DNA of 64,000 bases from Anthoceros angustus (Eukaryota > Plantae > Anthocerotophyta), in contig MU008166.1 in the NCBI GenBank assembly GCA_010909165.1, positions 1,488,001 to 1,552,000 of the forward strand, given 5' to 3'. Below the pieces are notes generated by a model. That model was given only the letters and a program-made list of their open reading frames with translations. It ran no database searches and was not told the DNA's origin. A program made the position numbers and the translations under genes. This document shows positions 1 to 20,787 of the stretch, in pieces; the first letter of the stretch is position 1; each line of letters opens with the position of its first letter.

Positions 1-1393
1 AGGATAAGGATGGCCAGGGCAGCTCTGCAACGTCGATATAGCCGGAAACAGAAAAACGTGCCACTTCAAATTGCTCAACGCCAGGGCGTGCTCTTTGGTC
101 CGAGACTCTGAGTTGACCTAGGGCAGCAACTGGGCTACTTGCTCCTCATCTTGCTCCAAGTTCTCTCAACCAGTTCGAAGTTGGGCCCGGGGGAGCTGCT
201 TTCACGACACTTACCTCTCATCAAAGCTGCTTCCTCCATAGCCGTCTTTATTGCTTCTTACATTGTTCTCACATGATAACCTCAAGTGAAAACCCTAAAT
301 GGAAACAGGTACCAAAGATTTTGGCTCCAGCGTTTTAATCTCCTTGCTGCTCAACATTCTTGGCTTCCCTTCTCAGTGGCAAGTGGACATCATCGGAAAG
401 GCGTCGATCGGGGTGGGTGCAAGGAAGATTTGTGGATGATATATCTCATATCCTGCATCACAAGATGGCCACCGTATGATGACTCCCCGCTTCCTGTCAC
501 GGGCAGCCGTCACCTTAGAACGAACTCGCCAAAATAGGCATCCGCAAGAGATGAGGTATGCAAAACGTGTGCCGTGGGGTGGGCTTTGTGTACTGCGGAG
601 GCAACCCAGTTAAAATGAGCAGACACAGTTGTACTGTGCCTGCCGGTTTCCTTTGGACGAGCCTGTAATTTGTCTGTATCTTCCGCTGATGTCTCGGCTT
701 CATTCACTGACATCCTCTCCCGGGTAAAGTCGGAGCAAATCCCACGTCCTCCATGAATCCATGATGTTGTAGCACGGTTTTCTTTCGATGGACAAGAAGA
801 AAATTCTGATGATGAAGTTTATGAGCAGATGGAAAAATCCCCAGATCTCAGCGTCTACCAGTCACTCCCGGGCTGCTCAATTTGAAAAGACTGCTGTTGG
901 ACATAAAGAAGTCTAGTGCCACTAGCCTCTCGCCGAGGTGGAGCTTCCACATTTTCTGCGCCAAGACGGTAAAGTAAGCAGAACAGAAGGTTTCCTCCAC
1001 CAGCACATGCTGCGGCCGCTTCCTCGATGTCTCCGTTCGCGTGCCACATCACCATCATCTATTCCGCTGGCAGCCTGAAGCTTACTCCACACTCCAGTGC
1101 ACAACTTCCAGCAGAGGAGGTTTCGCGATTCCAACACGCAACGCGATTTCCAGCACGTGTATCAAGAAATCCGTAGACGTCATGACTCGGCCGTGTTATA
1201 CTCGTCTCTGTTATAGACGCTTTCCACACCTATCTGCCCCTCTCTCACCAGCACGGTGGAAGAATAACACATCCATCTCCAAGCTGCAGAGGCCAAAACC
1301 AAGCTCTTAGCCTACAGACACCATAAACCTCAAAGTGACGACGGCCGCCCGACTCGTGCACATTCTTTGATGAACCAACATTGGTATGTGATA

Positions 1394-5162
<3,769 letters not shown>

Positions 5163-6119
5163 TGCCGTGCAGGCTATGCTAATTCAACTGGCTGACTTCC
5201 TATCATCCATCCCCCACACCAGAAGCAAACGATGATACGAAGCTTGGATTCCACCCCTTCAGACTGCAGGTCACGCCAGTGATCGCAACACAGCTGGCTG
5301 AGAAACCCAAAACACAAGTCGTCACCTTCCCAACCAGAGAAAGCAAACGCCCTGAGGCTGGTGAGGATCACATCTCGACCTCCCGAATCGAATCGAATCG
5401 CTTCCAGGGCCTAAGCTGTCTACCACTTAGCTCGCAAGCAGACTGACGAGCAGACATCCCAGCGAGATCCAGGAGCACAAGGTGACAAAGACAGTTGTTC
5501 ACGAGGGGCGAAGTACGCGGAAAGATCCCTCTTCTCACACCCGAAGTTCCGCATTCCAATTCTCTGAAATTAAAATATCTATGCGGGAATGCACAGCAAC
5601 AGGCTGCGAGTTCCGTGCACAAGACTGGGTCTGGGATCTGCAACTGGGAATTCGTCCCTGTAAAGCAACTATGTCAGCGGCCAGGTAAAACGGGATGGGA
5701 TTTCATCTCATTTGCAGCCTTACAATAGCAGCCTAAATTCATAATGTAGAAGAAGAAGAAGAAGTATACCTATTAGATTCCACTGGAGTAGAATTTTTCC
5801 TATCATTCATGGGACTTGGTACTTCAACTGTAATATGGTGTGCCTAAACTACTTTGCACCGAGGGCATCCACTCCCTTCAGGCACCCCATGTTAACTACC
5901 GATGGAAGCGCAGATGACTAACAGCCACGTACTTATAGCCGTTCAGACACACAACGTCAGTAGATTTCACTGTGAAGAACACTGGTAAGTCCGTGTACAA
6001 TGGGTTCAATAGGCAGGTAGGTACTTCTCAATATTGCGGCTTCGCAGAAAGAAGAACCTCCCTCAAACAAATTTGGAACAACTCTGCTCATCGAAAATTG
6101 AAATACACCTCACTCGAGC

Positions 6120-8604
6120 CTATGTGTAGGCCAGCTGTTGCCTGCCAACCGTTCTCCGGTGGCGCGCAAGCTCATCAAGGTCCCGTACTATCTTAAAAAC
6201 AGCATCAGGTCGGGCGAGTTTGGCGGCGTTCGCAGCCATTTCGCTTAGCTCCGCAGCCTTGGGTCCGAACCAGTCGGCCACGATCCTTGCAATTTCCTTC
6301 GGGTTATCACAAAATTTCCCGGCTCCGTTATCAACCACAAAAGGAACATTCCCGGCTTCCTGAAAGAGTAGACGAGTGGATTAGGTCCATGCACACACAT
6401 CGAAGGGATGAACCAAATTGGCTGATGAGAAATCGCAGACCTGGCCAGCTATGTAATCGCTGAGAAGCATTGGCAATCCTCTGATCATTGCTTCTGCAAT
6501 TGTCCCAGGGCCAGCCTGCAAGACCATGTAGACGCAATGATGCAATGAGAAACATAACCACAATTGGGCAAACAGATGTCCATCGGAATCAGCGAGATAC
6601 CACAGATGACAGACCTTGGTGATGACACAGTCACAGGCTCCCATCCAATCCGACATATTGGTTACAAAGCCCTTAATCTGCACGGCACAAGAACCCCCAT
6701 CAGAACAAAGCGTGCCCAGGACAACAAGCAACAATTTTGACCGGATAAAATCACAGGTGTAAATGACAGAAGTTCATAACCTGCACAGGCATAGGCCATT
6801 TAACGCCTTGAAGCTTGTTCACAAGTTTTTGGTTCCGTCCACAAATCACCACCAGCTGTCCAATAGCCTTTCCGCTTTGTGCATCATACAACGAATTGCC
6901 AAGAGCTCTAGCAGTTGACTCCACGGGACCCATACCTTCTCCTCCCCCCATCAACAACACTGCCGGCAAATCTTCGTCCATGCCCAGCTCTTGGCGGAGT
7001 TCATCCTTTCAATGTCGATAACATATATCAGGAAACACTTCCAACAACGTAGGTGGATTTTCCTTGCAACAACACTTCACAACAAGGAATGCACGCAAAG
7101 ATCATCATACGAGTCCTAAAATATGGACCGACCTGAACAATATGGCAAATACCTTGGAGCGAGTAGACTTGCAGAAATTGGGTCGAATTGGAAGGCCATG
7201 TACTCGGATTTGAGAGCTTTGAAGACCTGCCTTTTGTGCCCTTAGGGCAACCTCCTTCGTTGGGCAAAAGCAGGCAGTTACTAGTTTGTGGAACCTGCGG
7301 TGTAAGACAACAGAAGGACAGCAGACTCAGACAATCAACATAAAGGAACGAGGGAGAACGAAAACCAAGAGTAGCGGATCGGACAACCTCATCCTTACCA
7401 AGTAGGATGGCAGGTACTCAAGTCTGTAATAACAGTTGTGAAGGGTATCTTATGAAGGAGACCTCTAGCACGCAACACTCTGAGTGGAATATGCTGCATC
7501 AGTGGATGTACACTGACAATAACATCCGGCTGATACTTCATCAGCCCCTTGGCCACCTCTCTGCAACCAGCCACAGGAACTGCAGCGTTAAGTTAGGCGG
7601 CCATCGTACACTGAGCTAAACTTAGAAAACCTAGCCTGATGACAGCACAGAAAGTTCTTTGCTTAGAGCTGGTTCTCTCCAGATGGCAAAATCACATACC
7701 TAGCCACAAAAGCCGAAGTTGCAGCCATCTGAGACTGATGCACAAAACGAGGGGCGGTCCCGTGAAAAGTCATCTTCCAGAGGGCCTCGTGTTTCACCAG
7801 GAAGCTGTAACTCCGTGGAACCTGATTGAAAGGCCAGGGCGTATGCTCCTTCCAGAGGTCGATAATAGTAACCTGAAATCACAAACCGGAATCGTCAGCT
7901 GACACGCAGTCCACTCCTACTCCATCAGAAAGGACAATGCGCAACAACGACACCGCCTACATCACGCCACAGACATCAGGGCCAACGAGTAGGATACAAA
8001 ACCTATCACAGAGCATGAATTTCCATCCAAGATCGCCTGCAGGAAGAAAAAATGGCATCCAGAAATGAGAAGAAAATTTGGTGCACGACATACAAGAGTG
8101 GCCCGGCATCGCAGGAAGCAGACGAACCTTGTACAGGTCCCCATACTCCAGCTCAAAAGTTGCTTTAATCGCCTCCGCCGACGCGCGATGGCCCCCGCCA
8201 GTGTCACTCATGAGAATCAAAACCCTCTTGTGCGGCGCGGCAGCCACGAGCTCAGCCGAGCCATCCCCCGCCTCTTGCACACCGTCATCACCGCCTCCCA
8301 GAGAACTGCTATCATGTTCCACAGAATGTGACAACGCAGGCAGCCGCTCGCAGTGGCGCCGGATGTGGCAGTGCAGCTGATCCAAGATGCGGCTACGCTG
8401 GTACCGGGCCCGCGAGCCGAATCCCGGCAGCGAGAGAAATGCGACGGGGCGCGCGACGGCGTAGGCCGCCACGGCACTGTCATCCCGACCTGAGGAGCAG
8501 CATTCTGGCTGAAAAGGGGATGCCGATGGAGCGGGCCGGAAGGAGGCGGCCAGGCTGGGGGAAGTGGATGCAGCGCTCCCCAGGCGCTCCGCTGCGCTTG
8601 GCAT
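6120..8604 (-). CDS. MGD1: Monogalactosyldiacylglycerol synthase (type A, with transit-peptide-like N-terminus)
   Basis: Exons encode [117 protein letters not shown]. Confidence 0.97.
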
Positions 8605-8914
8605 TTTTGCTCCAAGAACTCGATGCTGGACTCACGCGACTGCCATGCCTTCGCTTGTCCGCTAGGACACTAGAACAGCCACAACACGCCGGAGCCAGAG
8701 AACAACGGAACAAGACAACGAAGCAGATTGAAGAGCGGGAAGGCTGTGTGAAGGTTGGCTTGCCTGTCCCACTTATCCACAATGCCGCCGGTGACTGGTC
8801 GAGTCCCTTCAAGTCTTAAATTAGATATCTATGTATTGGTTCTTTCATCTTGGCCAAATAATCATCGATTCATCGTCGGTCAGAGCAGGAAACATAGGTG
8901 GTAGAGAAGCATGT

Positions 8915-10990
8915 TTCTGTTTTATTTATTTTTAAGTAATAAGGATAAAGATTATACAGTCTGGGGTTTAAGGTTCCCTAAGCAGTTTTTACATCACTAT
9001 CATTTAGTTCTTGTACCAGGGGGTGGGCTAGAAAACTCTCATGACAAAATCCAAACTTCTGGAGCCAAGAGGAAGACTGGGCATACCAGCAGGTCTTGTT
9101 ACCTGAAGAGGCTAATTTCCGGGAGGACTGAAAGGCAAGGAGGAGGTATGAGGGAGTGGATGTGGGGTGATTAGACTGAGCTTCTTCTAAAGAATAGAGG
9201 CGGTATAAGAAGTTGGTTAGGCAAAATAGACCCTCAAGTTCAAGCGGGAAGGTGGCAAATTCTGCAAGAAAGATGGCAAGGGGGAAGGACTTCTTACATG
9301 CAATGTGAGCTCGAAGAAAGGATGTCTGGACCTCTTCCACCTTGTACCAGTCGTCCAGCGAGAGATAGGGTCCCCAAAACGCGGCCGCATACATAACCGA
9401 AGGAACGACAACTGTGTTGAACAGCCATTGCTGAGTGGGGATGTCCTTCATGTGCATCCTAGAGCTATGTCTTCGAACCCCACACGCCCATGCCACCCCT
9501 TTGACAATGCGAGCAGAGGTAGAGAGCCGGGCCATAGAGAGTGCCACCTAGGGAGATGTAAGATGGAACAGTCTCCATATGCTGCCCATTATAGAAGAAC
9601 TTCAAGTTGTGATGAACTAGGTCCTGCCGGTTGAAAAACATGATCTTGGTCTTCTTCAAGTTCACTTCCAAATCTCTTGCCTCGCAGAAGCGGGACAATA
9701 TATTCAATTGTCGTTGGAGGCCCTCAGGAGGGTGAGACAAAAGGGCAATGTCATCTGCATACAAGAAGACAACTATGTACACCAAGGAGAGTAGGCAACC
9801 AGGATCCCCAGACTCCGCAACCCAAGACTCCAGCTCATCAATGTAGAAGCCAAATAAGTTAGGAGAAGATGGATCTCCCTGCCGCACTCCTATATTGCAA
9901 AGCAAATCCAAAAGGGCAAAGGTGGCATAGGGAGTGTGGGTCCTGACCTTCACCTTTTCATAGAGGATCCCAATAGCATGTAAACGATGAACAGGCATCC
10001 CCAACCTATGAAAGCCAGCAAAGAGCTTCTCCCGGGAGATTGAGTCAAAAGCCCGTTTGAAGTCAACAAAACAAACATAAACATGTCTATTACCCTTCCG
10101 TCTGCTTTTCGGCTCCTGAATAATAGCAATGAGGATGAAAAGATTATCCTGAGTATTCCGCTCCGGACGAAACCCAGGAGAGCCCCTTACCCCAGTGCCA
10201 CCTTTCTCGGCCCAAGAAGTAGTGAGGATCTCCAAGCAAGAGCTAAAGATCTTAGCAAATATGGACTCAACCATGACTGTAGGTGGGCGAGAGTTGAGAA
10301 TCAGCTGTCTTCAAAATGGAATGAATGTCATTCCAACACTATTCCTCAGGAAATCCATGGACTAAAACCTCATTGAACAGAGCAGTTAAGGGAGGAGCAA
10401 TAATGGTAGGAGCCGCATAAGAGAATAGCTCTCTAGGGATATCTGCAGGGTTATATGCTCTCCCAGATTTGAGGTTGTTGATGGTGGCCAGGATGAGGTC
10501 AGGAGTGAACAACTTGATCCCAGGATCCTGAGACCTAGAAGGAGGGGAAACAGATTCCTGGAAGAAAAGTGTTTGCACATAGTTGATAAGCTCAGGAGAG
10601 GCCTGCAACAGAATGGTTTGATGAGAGTGGAATTCCTTCTAAAAAGTAGCAGCACCCGGAGATTCCTTGAGGAGCCTGAAGAGGCGATCACGTTGGGAGG
10701 AAAAAAAAGCAAACTTTTTGACAGCAATGAGAGGTTTGTAAGGCTTAATAATTGCCTTGTACAACGGAGAATGATGGGACTTGGATCGCACATTGAGAGC
10801 ATAGAGGCACTTGTGGGAGTGGGATCGAAGGCGTTTGCATTCATCATCGAACCAATAGTGATGAGGGGCAGTGTTGGAGAGCTTGATAGCATGACAAGAT
10901 TTAGGGGCCCGCTTGGTCTCTGGAGAGTATCGTGCGCTAGGAGCTTTAGGTTAAAGTGCATATAGGCATTGAAGTTATTTAGGGCGTAAT
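8915..10990 (-). mobile_element. 5'-truncated, frameshifted non-LTR retrotransposon (LINE, RTE/RTEX-like RT)
   Basis: ORF pieces 10339-10608, 9465-10274 and 8978-9547 carry RT motifs GFRPERNTQDNLF, FVDFKRAFDS, GVRQGDPSSPNLF, LYADDIAL, VNLKKTKIM and the thumb region LFNTVVVPSVMYAAAFWG. A-rich 3' tail (AAAAATAAATAAAA on the minus strand) at ~8917-8935. Clade assignment is tentative. Confidence 0.9.
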
Positions 10991-11099
10991 GTAGTTGTAG
11001 CAGTTACGACGGTTAATCACCAACTGATTCCACTGACTTAAGTGCGTAGGCACCCTATCAATCTATTATTCTTCTTCTCTTCCTAGCGTTTCTCCCCTG

Positions 11100-13102
11100 G
11101 CTCTCGATCCTCGGCATCTATATCTGGCGTATCTTCAAGTCCTCGATGTAAGCAATGCCGGGGAAGATGAGTTCAGCAGTTTGCCTCAAAGTACTGTAGT
11201 TCTCAAGTTGACAGCTTTGAGAAGCTTGTACGTCACTTTCCAAATTGACAGCTTTGAGAAGCTTGTACCATGTGCCACTGTCGCCCTTCCTCTGCTTTTT
11301 ATGTACAGCAGGTGATGCCCCGTGTGTTACAGCTCGCTGGAATGTGTTTTTCAGAAATTTGAGCACCATACCGTGGAACTCGCCGTTCCCCAATCAGATT
11401 GTGAAGCTGGCGAACCTGGAGGAATTGTGAGCACCTTCTCGAACAAAGCCTCCTGGGTCGTTTGAAAGTCATACGAGAGGTTGCTCTGCCTGCCTTTATT
11501 GCACAGCTCCTGACAACCTTCTATGTCTTTGCAGTGAGATCTCGGAAGCTAATATTACTGAGAATCTCCCAGATGATTTCTTCTCTCTCACAAAACTCCG
11601 AGTTCTGTAAGCTCGCTAGTCACCCTTGACTGAGAACCCCCAGCTTTAAATGGAGTCAGTGCTTATTCGGTTCTCCTGATTGCAGGTATCTGGGAGGCAA
11701 CACCCTGAATGTGACTTTGGCCGAATTCAACAAACTGATTCAGCTCGAGAAATTGTGTGACGTCAAATTGTGTGACGCCCAATTTGCCTTCCTAGACAAA
11801 TTCGGGCGTTCCAGAAATGGTGGAATACTAAATTCCATATTCCTGTTTTCTTCAACGTTTTGCTGATGCCAGTCCTCATGGTTGTCATCTGATGTTTATG
11901 GGCTTGGGAGACTCGGAGGCTACACCAGGAGTACAAAGGTTTACACTGGAAGAACTATCCAGGATCACAAACAACTTCAGTGACTCTCATGTGCTAGGTG
12001 CTGGTGGTTTTGGGAAGGTCTTCTATATATATGGAAGTATGGATGATGGCAGGACGGTGGCCATCAAGCGTGCATCTCCTGACCGCATGCATGGCCTTGG
12101 TGAATTTCGCAACGAGGTCATGCTTCTAAGCAGACTGTGGCCAAGCTGGCTGACTTTGGAATCTTGAAAAAGTCACTGCGGAATCCGAAACCCATGTCAC
12201 AACCAGACCCGCTGGTTCTGCAGGGTGAGCATGACCAGCACGCACTGCAGAGTTGATCGCCCGAGCGCTTGTTTCCCAGTTTCTTGCCTTGCTCAAACAT
12301 GCATCCTTACTGTGCAGATACCTGGACCCGGAGTAGTTTCTGAGAAGACAGCTAACCACAGCCAGCAATGTGTATGCCTTCGGAGTCGTTCTGCTAGAGC
12401 TGGTTACCGGCCAGGAGGCACATCAAGAGAGTTGAAGAATACAACCTCATTGCATGGGTTAGTGTCCCTAACGTTGTACTGGAACCTCACAAGCTTGATT
12501 CTGAATTTGCACTGAGGGATTGCTTGTGGGAGATTCGGCTCTGCAGACCAAACAGAGGTTCAGAACCGCTGGATTCGAGTCTATCGTGGACCCACTTCTT
12601 AATTACGATTATCACGAAGAAAAGCTGGCCAGGCACCCTCGACATGGACATGGACATCTGAAAAGCCACAAAAAGCAGCTCCAAATCCTGAATGGCCATC
12701 GAGCTCTGAAACCACACAACGAAGCACGCCAACAGATCCCAACGTAGAGATCTGTCTAAGTCTGCTGGCACGGACGATGGATCCCGGTGATCTAAGGCAG
12801 GACGATCAGATCAAGGAACAGTACATGGCAGTCCTATAATCAGGATACATCCCTGCACGGTGAAGTACAGGAATCATTCCGCCAGCAACCGCCGGCCTGA
12901 ACCGCTTCTGGCTTGGTGGCTAAGGCCCAGCAGCAGCGGAAGCCAAAAAGGATTGGGAAGGTATCCACTCATCCAGCAGATCCCTTCAAGATTCAACCGG
13001 AGGGCCCGGCTGAACGGCCTTCGTTGCCCTCCTAGAAGCAGCCATCCGGGTCGTGATGGTTTTGCACCCAGTGCTCTAGATGAGACCATAACACCTAATT
13101 AG
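11100..13102 (+). pseudogene. Decayed partial paralog of the LRR-RLK at 13890-18148
   Basis: 11100-11760 aligns by eye to RLK2 LRR exons at 14310-14950, and 11880-13100 to its kinase exons at 16500-18148. Signal peptide, most LRRs, TM and several kinase exons are missing; there are frameshifts and a stop (GAATTGTGA). Confidence 0.9.
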
Positions 13103-13889
13103 GCGTTGTTATAACAACGCCATCCTCGACAGTCAGTGCTTGGTGCTTCTCCAGTGGGCAACGCTTGGTGCCTCTGCAGTCGTATGTACATCCTCCTCGC
13201 CTTACTAGTCAACATTACTTGGAAGTTGGAAGCACAGGACATCTATTTGGGCGCCATAACTGCACATGCCTGCACATGCTGATGTCTTGAATTCCAACGA
13301 CTATTCTGAAATCGTGAATTGTTATTCCAACCACCAAGGCCAAGCCTGCGTCAAATACAAATCCTCCAGGAGTTCCACTGGATAGGTTTCCTATTGGTAG
13401 AGTCGGTCTATCCTTCCTATTAGTACTGGGGGAAGGGAGTGGAGTCTGTCGAATGACAGTACATGAGGTACACACAGTTGTAAAGCAAACAGAAAGCTCA
13501 CTCTTCCCACTGTTCTACAAAACTTCTGGTTTCATGTCTCACATCATGCTGCACTACGTACGTTGATTTCGACTGTCCTACACACACCGGACGAGAAAGA
13601 ATTATAAAAGGCGGCACAAGAGGTGCGTCACGAAGTACTTTACACTACGGGACAACGACGTGAAACGCAATGTCGTGTAGGCTGGAGACAACGCAACGGC
13701 TTACACCGAAGTGGGTGAGTGCAGGACAAAGAATGAGGAAACGTCCAGCACATCTGGTCAGTCATGCACAAGACGCGTCACATGAGGAAAGCGAATGAAC
13801 CACATCGAAATCGCAAATAGTGGTTTGTGCATTTTGCAGCTGTTGTTCAATTTCCGGGTAGATCTGCCTCCAGTGAGGGCAGGCCTCCA

Positions 13890-18148
<4,259 letters not shown>

Positions 18149-18408
18149 TCTCCGACAGGACGGTCAGGGCACGGTTTTCTACTTTCCTGCAGGTCTGGCA
18201 AATTAGCATTCCACCAAAGGCAATAGGAAATACAAGTGCAAAATGTTTCAGGTTGCCCGTACAAGTGTCGAGTTCCGACAGCCTGAAGAACTGGCGCATA
18301 GAATAGCAAGTCTATCTTGAAAGCCACACACGGCGAGAGGCCTGTCTTTCTGCCGGCATTTGTACAATCGAGGCCGAGGAAAATTCGTGTTCCCCAGGGC
18401 TTCACGCC

Positions 18409-20492
18409 ATGGGCACTATTTGCAGCAGATGCCTTCCCTTCTTGCCGTTCTTCAGCCAGGAGAGCGAGGACCAGCAGCGGCCGCTGCTGAACGGGAAAAG
18501 GAGCGGCGACGGTGGCGGCGGCGGCACGGCCGCTGCGCCGCGTCATGGTGCCACATCTGGGAAGCTGGGATGGCGGAGACTCGAGTTCAAGATCCGGGGA
18601 AGGGAATTCGGCTTGGAGCTACCTGCAGGATGCACGCAGGTGGAATCCGCGGATCACAAGCTGGCCGTGTTCGAAGGCGCGGAGTTCGATCGGGAGCTGG
18701 TGGATCTGCTACGGTTTGAGAATCCGGAGCTGTGCTTTGTGCCAATCTTCCAAAACAGGCGGCTGGTGGTAGGGGACTGCATCCCGGCGGGATCCAGACC
18801 GGACAACGTTGCAAGCTTCTTCATCCCGCAGCTGGACACCGCGCAGGCGCGGTTCGGGCTGGGGCACAGATGGATGCGGTCCAGCCCGGGGACGCTGTAC
18901 GTGTATCGGGAGCGGAGGAAGCAGTTTTGCCCCGATCTCGATGTCACGGATTGCGAGGCGGCTTTGGCTGCGGACAGGGAGCTGCAGGCCGCGGGAAGCG
19001 AGGCTTTGGTGTACTATGATTTGCCGGTGCTGCTGGCGCTGGAGGTGATGGCGGAGTCGGATGATCCGGGAGACATTGATAGTAAGTGCAGAGGGATGGT
19101 GGAGGCCGGTGCTGCGCGAACTGCGGTCGGGCTCTTCGTGTGGGATCCTGCGAAGCCGCGGGAGTTCGACGGGACTGTGAAGGTGTATCAACGGCGTGAG
19201 GATTCGGATTCGAGGTTGGAATTGGGAGCGGAGGCCGGGGATCTAGATGTTGCGGTGGAGGAGTATCATCGGCCGAGATTCGTGCCGCTGGATGGCTTGC
19301 ATGAAGGCATGCGGCTCTACTTGTCTGCGCTGCCGGAGTACGCGTGGCCGTCGCAGGGACTGTCGCAGGTGAAGACTGGGGACTGGCAGATGCTCCTCAG
19401 TGCTTGCTGCGACGTCCGACATCCGGAGATGGTGAAGGAAGCCATCAACTATGTAGGATCCCTGAATTTGCAGGACAGCAACGGGAGGCTTTGCATGGTG
19501 GAGGCCGCGAAAGCTGGCGACGTGAGCCTTCTTGATTACATGCACCGGCATGGCGCATCACTCGACCGGGAAGGTAAGCACAATAGTGATGCAGCAGTTT
19601 CTTGTTCTTGGACGTGATGGTGACAGTGCTTGCATGCATTTTACGACCCGATGTCGACAGTCACCGGTGATGACATTACCTGCATGTATGTATTCATTTT
19701 TACGACCCGAGATGGTGACAGTACGGTGATGGTGTGTCTGGCAGACGCGGAGGATGTTTCTCCTTACCTGGCAGCCAGAACGCAGAACCGTGCGGAGGCT
19801 TGTAGATGGCTGGAAGAGCGGGGGTGTGTGCTCCATCCGCAGACGGCCTTGGATCAGGCGATACGAAGTCGGAAAACAAGAGTTGTGGAGTACCTCCTGC
19901 GGGCAGGGGAAACGGAGAAGTTCACTGTGAGTAAAATCTTCCTTTCTTCCCGTGCACTGAGTTGCTGTGCAGTCCCTCTTGTGGTCGCAAGGGCATTTCG
20001 ATGAATTGTTCGTGCTCAGAGTCTGCTCGAACGTTTTGATAGGCGGGAGAGCAAGGTAGCTGGAGTCCAGCGTCGCTCTCTCGACCTTTGTCGACTGCAA
20101 TGAGAGTGTGGAATGAGGACGCAGTGAAAATGCTGCTGGACAAGGGTTGCAAGCCAACGGATAACGTGTTAAACCTGAAGCTGTTGTTGAATGTGAAGGC
20201 TGATCAAGAGGCAGGCCAGACTAGCTGGAGCCCGAGATCGCTGTCGACGTGCCTGTCCACTGCCATCAAGGTATCCAACGAGGGGCTTGTCAGATCGCTA
20301 CTGGCCCAAGGGTGCAAGCCCACGCTTCAGGATCACTACCGAGCTGCCCTGTCCTCCGACCCCTCCATTGTCAACCTCCTTCTGGATGCTCATTCACTTT
20401 CCGACGACGAATTGTCCGAATTTCTCCTTGAGAAGGAGAACCTGGCCCAGGGGAGCCTCTCTCTCGTTGCTGGGGCCTCCCCTGCTGCGTGA
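18409..20492 (+). CDS. Uma2/DUF820-like (PD-(D/E)xK fold) domain fused to ankyrin-like repeats, 3 exons, 598 aa
   Basis: Exons 18409-19573, 19745-19926 and 20043-20492 join in frame via GT-AG introns. aa ~92-308 contain ENPEL, FCPDL, LALEVMAESD, IDSK, FVWDP, VKVYQR. The C-terminal half has ankyrin-like units (EAAKAGDVSLLDYMHRHGA, LDQAIRSRKTRVVEYLLRAG, LSTAIKVSNEGLVRSLLAQG). The gene model is firmer than the domain call. Confidence 0.82.
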
Positions 20493-20787
20493 ATGGTTAT
20501 TGAGACATCTCGGTCAGATCAACCCTGTTGTATGTAGCGTATGTTTTTAGTCTTCAGGATTTATTACCTGTACATAAATATCCAGTGACAAATGGTTTTG
20601 CGTGTCGAGGGGCAAGTGTAGTAGTGTGACAATTTTGGGTCATTGCCCGATACGTAGGTACCTAGTCTAATTGTGGGTAAGTAGGAGACCCTGATTACCA
20701 TCATGCACCGCAGGTTTTGTACCACAGATCTCGAATTTAGGAAACGACGGCAATAAATAAGTACCTATCAAAAAGAAAAGACAATCA

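Noticed and set aside
1-1330. Possible multi-exon minus-strand gene running off the left edge (exon-like open stretch ~810-512 flanked by AG/GT)
   Set aside because: No consistent in-frame splicing to further exons and no recognisable domain.
19612-19725. Short repeated motifs (GATGGTGACAGT, TTTTACGACCCGA) in intron 1 of the Uma2-ankyrin gene
   Set aside because: A small degenerate intronic duplication with no evidence of function.
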